From contig OX597818.1 of the NCBI GenBank assembly GCA_951406725.2, forward strand, positions 105,152,001 through 105,216,000: a stretch of DNA of 64,000 nt. The letters run 5' to 3'. Every line of letters starts with the position of its first letter. The stretch's first letter is position 1. The stretch is from Octopus vulgaris. Its lineage: Eukaryota. The translations under genes were made by a program, and so were the position numbers. Shown piece after piece: positions 63,330 through 64,000 of the stretch. The notes beneath the pieces were generated by a model, which was not told the origin of the DNA, made no database searches, and was given only the letters and a program-made list of their open reading frames with translations.

Positions 63330-64000
63330 AAAATTGGGATTTCCGTTCCACAAATCTGAAAAAAAATGGACACCTCTTGAAGTCTGCAGAGTTGAAGAAA
63401 CGAGGTATTACACGCTATGATGCTGAGATTCTCCTTTCTCAGGGTATCAACTTGCCTGAACCTAAAGTGGTGCTGGAGCGTCAGTTACCAGTCTCAATCA
63501 ATGGCAGTCGGTCAGTTAATTTGAGTGAAGCTAAAAATAGCTTAGCTGTAGCTTCCATTATGCACAGAGACCAAAGGAATGCTAGAAGAAAACGAGCCAG
63601 ACAAAGCCCAAATAAATCAGTCCACAAGAATGGGTGTACTGAAGTTGGTACAGCTGCTGCATCTTCAGAAGAAATGAAAGCAACACCATCTGATGGTACT
63701 GCTCGCATTCCTGATATTTCTATTGCTGATGAAGTACCAGCTGAGCTGTCTGTGAGTTCCTCACAACAGACAAAAGAAACCTTTTCTTCGACTGCTATTG
63801 TTCCATCTGCATCTGAACTTAGCAATGAACAAGCAAAGACTGAAGCTTTCAAATCAGACAGCCAGTCAGCTGTTCTACATCTTAATAAAAGCAAGAATCC
63901 TTCTAAATTAGATGCAGCAGATACTGTCAGTGATAGTTGCAACAATGGCAGCCTAACAAATGGGAATTCTCAGTTCAATCAAGACAATTATCAACTTGAT
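63330..64000 (+). CDS. KMT5B: Suv4-20/KMT5B coding exon 7, long low-complexity C-terminal exon, runs off the window
   Basis: Pyrimidine tract plus ttacag|aa, phase matching exon 6. The frame ENWDFRSTNLKKNGHLLKSAELKKRGITRYDAEILLSQGINLPEPKVVLER... stays open to 64000. Confidence 0.88.

Noticed and set aside
63481-63945. 154-aa minus-strand ORF
   Set aside because: Antisense shadow of Suv4-20 exon 7, whose + frame is open and spliced in phase.

Overview
AT-rich eukaryotic (animal) genomic DNA. The SINE, microsatellite and transposon landscape looks like a coleoid cephalopod, probably Octopus; this is inferred from repeat style, not demonstrated. There is one host gene, a + strand Suv4-20/KMT5B-type H4K20 methyltransferase. 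Its seven coding exons (38150-38289, 45476-45641, 48218-48330, 49236-49422, 58646-58782, 60032-60195, 63330->64000) join with consistent GT-AG phases, and candidate 5'UTR exons lie in a TE-poor zone at about 28.8-37.3 kb. The first 28 kb is a stack of transposon remnants. It holds a complete-ended Chapaev3-type DNA transposon (2112-9752) with nested R4/Dong-type LINEs, an LTR-like piece and a foldback MITE. It also holds a second MITE copy carrying telomere-like repeats and a 2.9-kb palindromic element with 1.3-kb arms that both contain the same SINE. Helitron, RTE, hAT and piggyBac relics are present, as is a minimal type I hammerhead ribozyme motif (16119-16164, - strand). The gene's introns hold a Tc1 element, CR1-type LINEs, several long hairpins, a second degenerate hammerhead and a partial copy of the gene's own last visible exon. 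Most short ORFs in the supplied track are microsatellite or antisense artefacts. I found no convincing wholly new protein system. The most unusual signals are RNA-structural and transposon-architectural.
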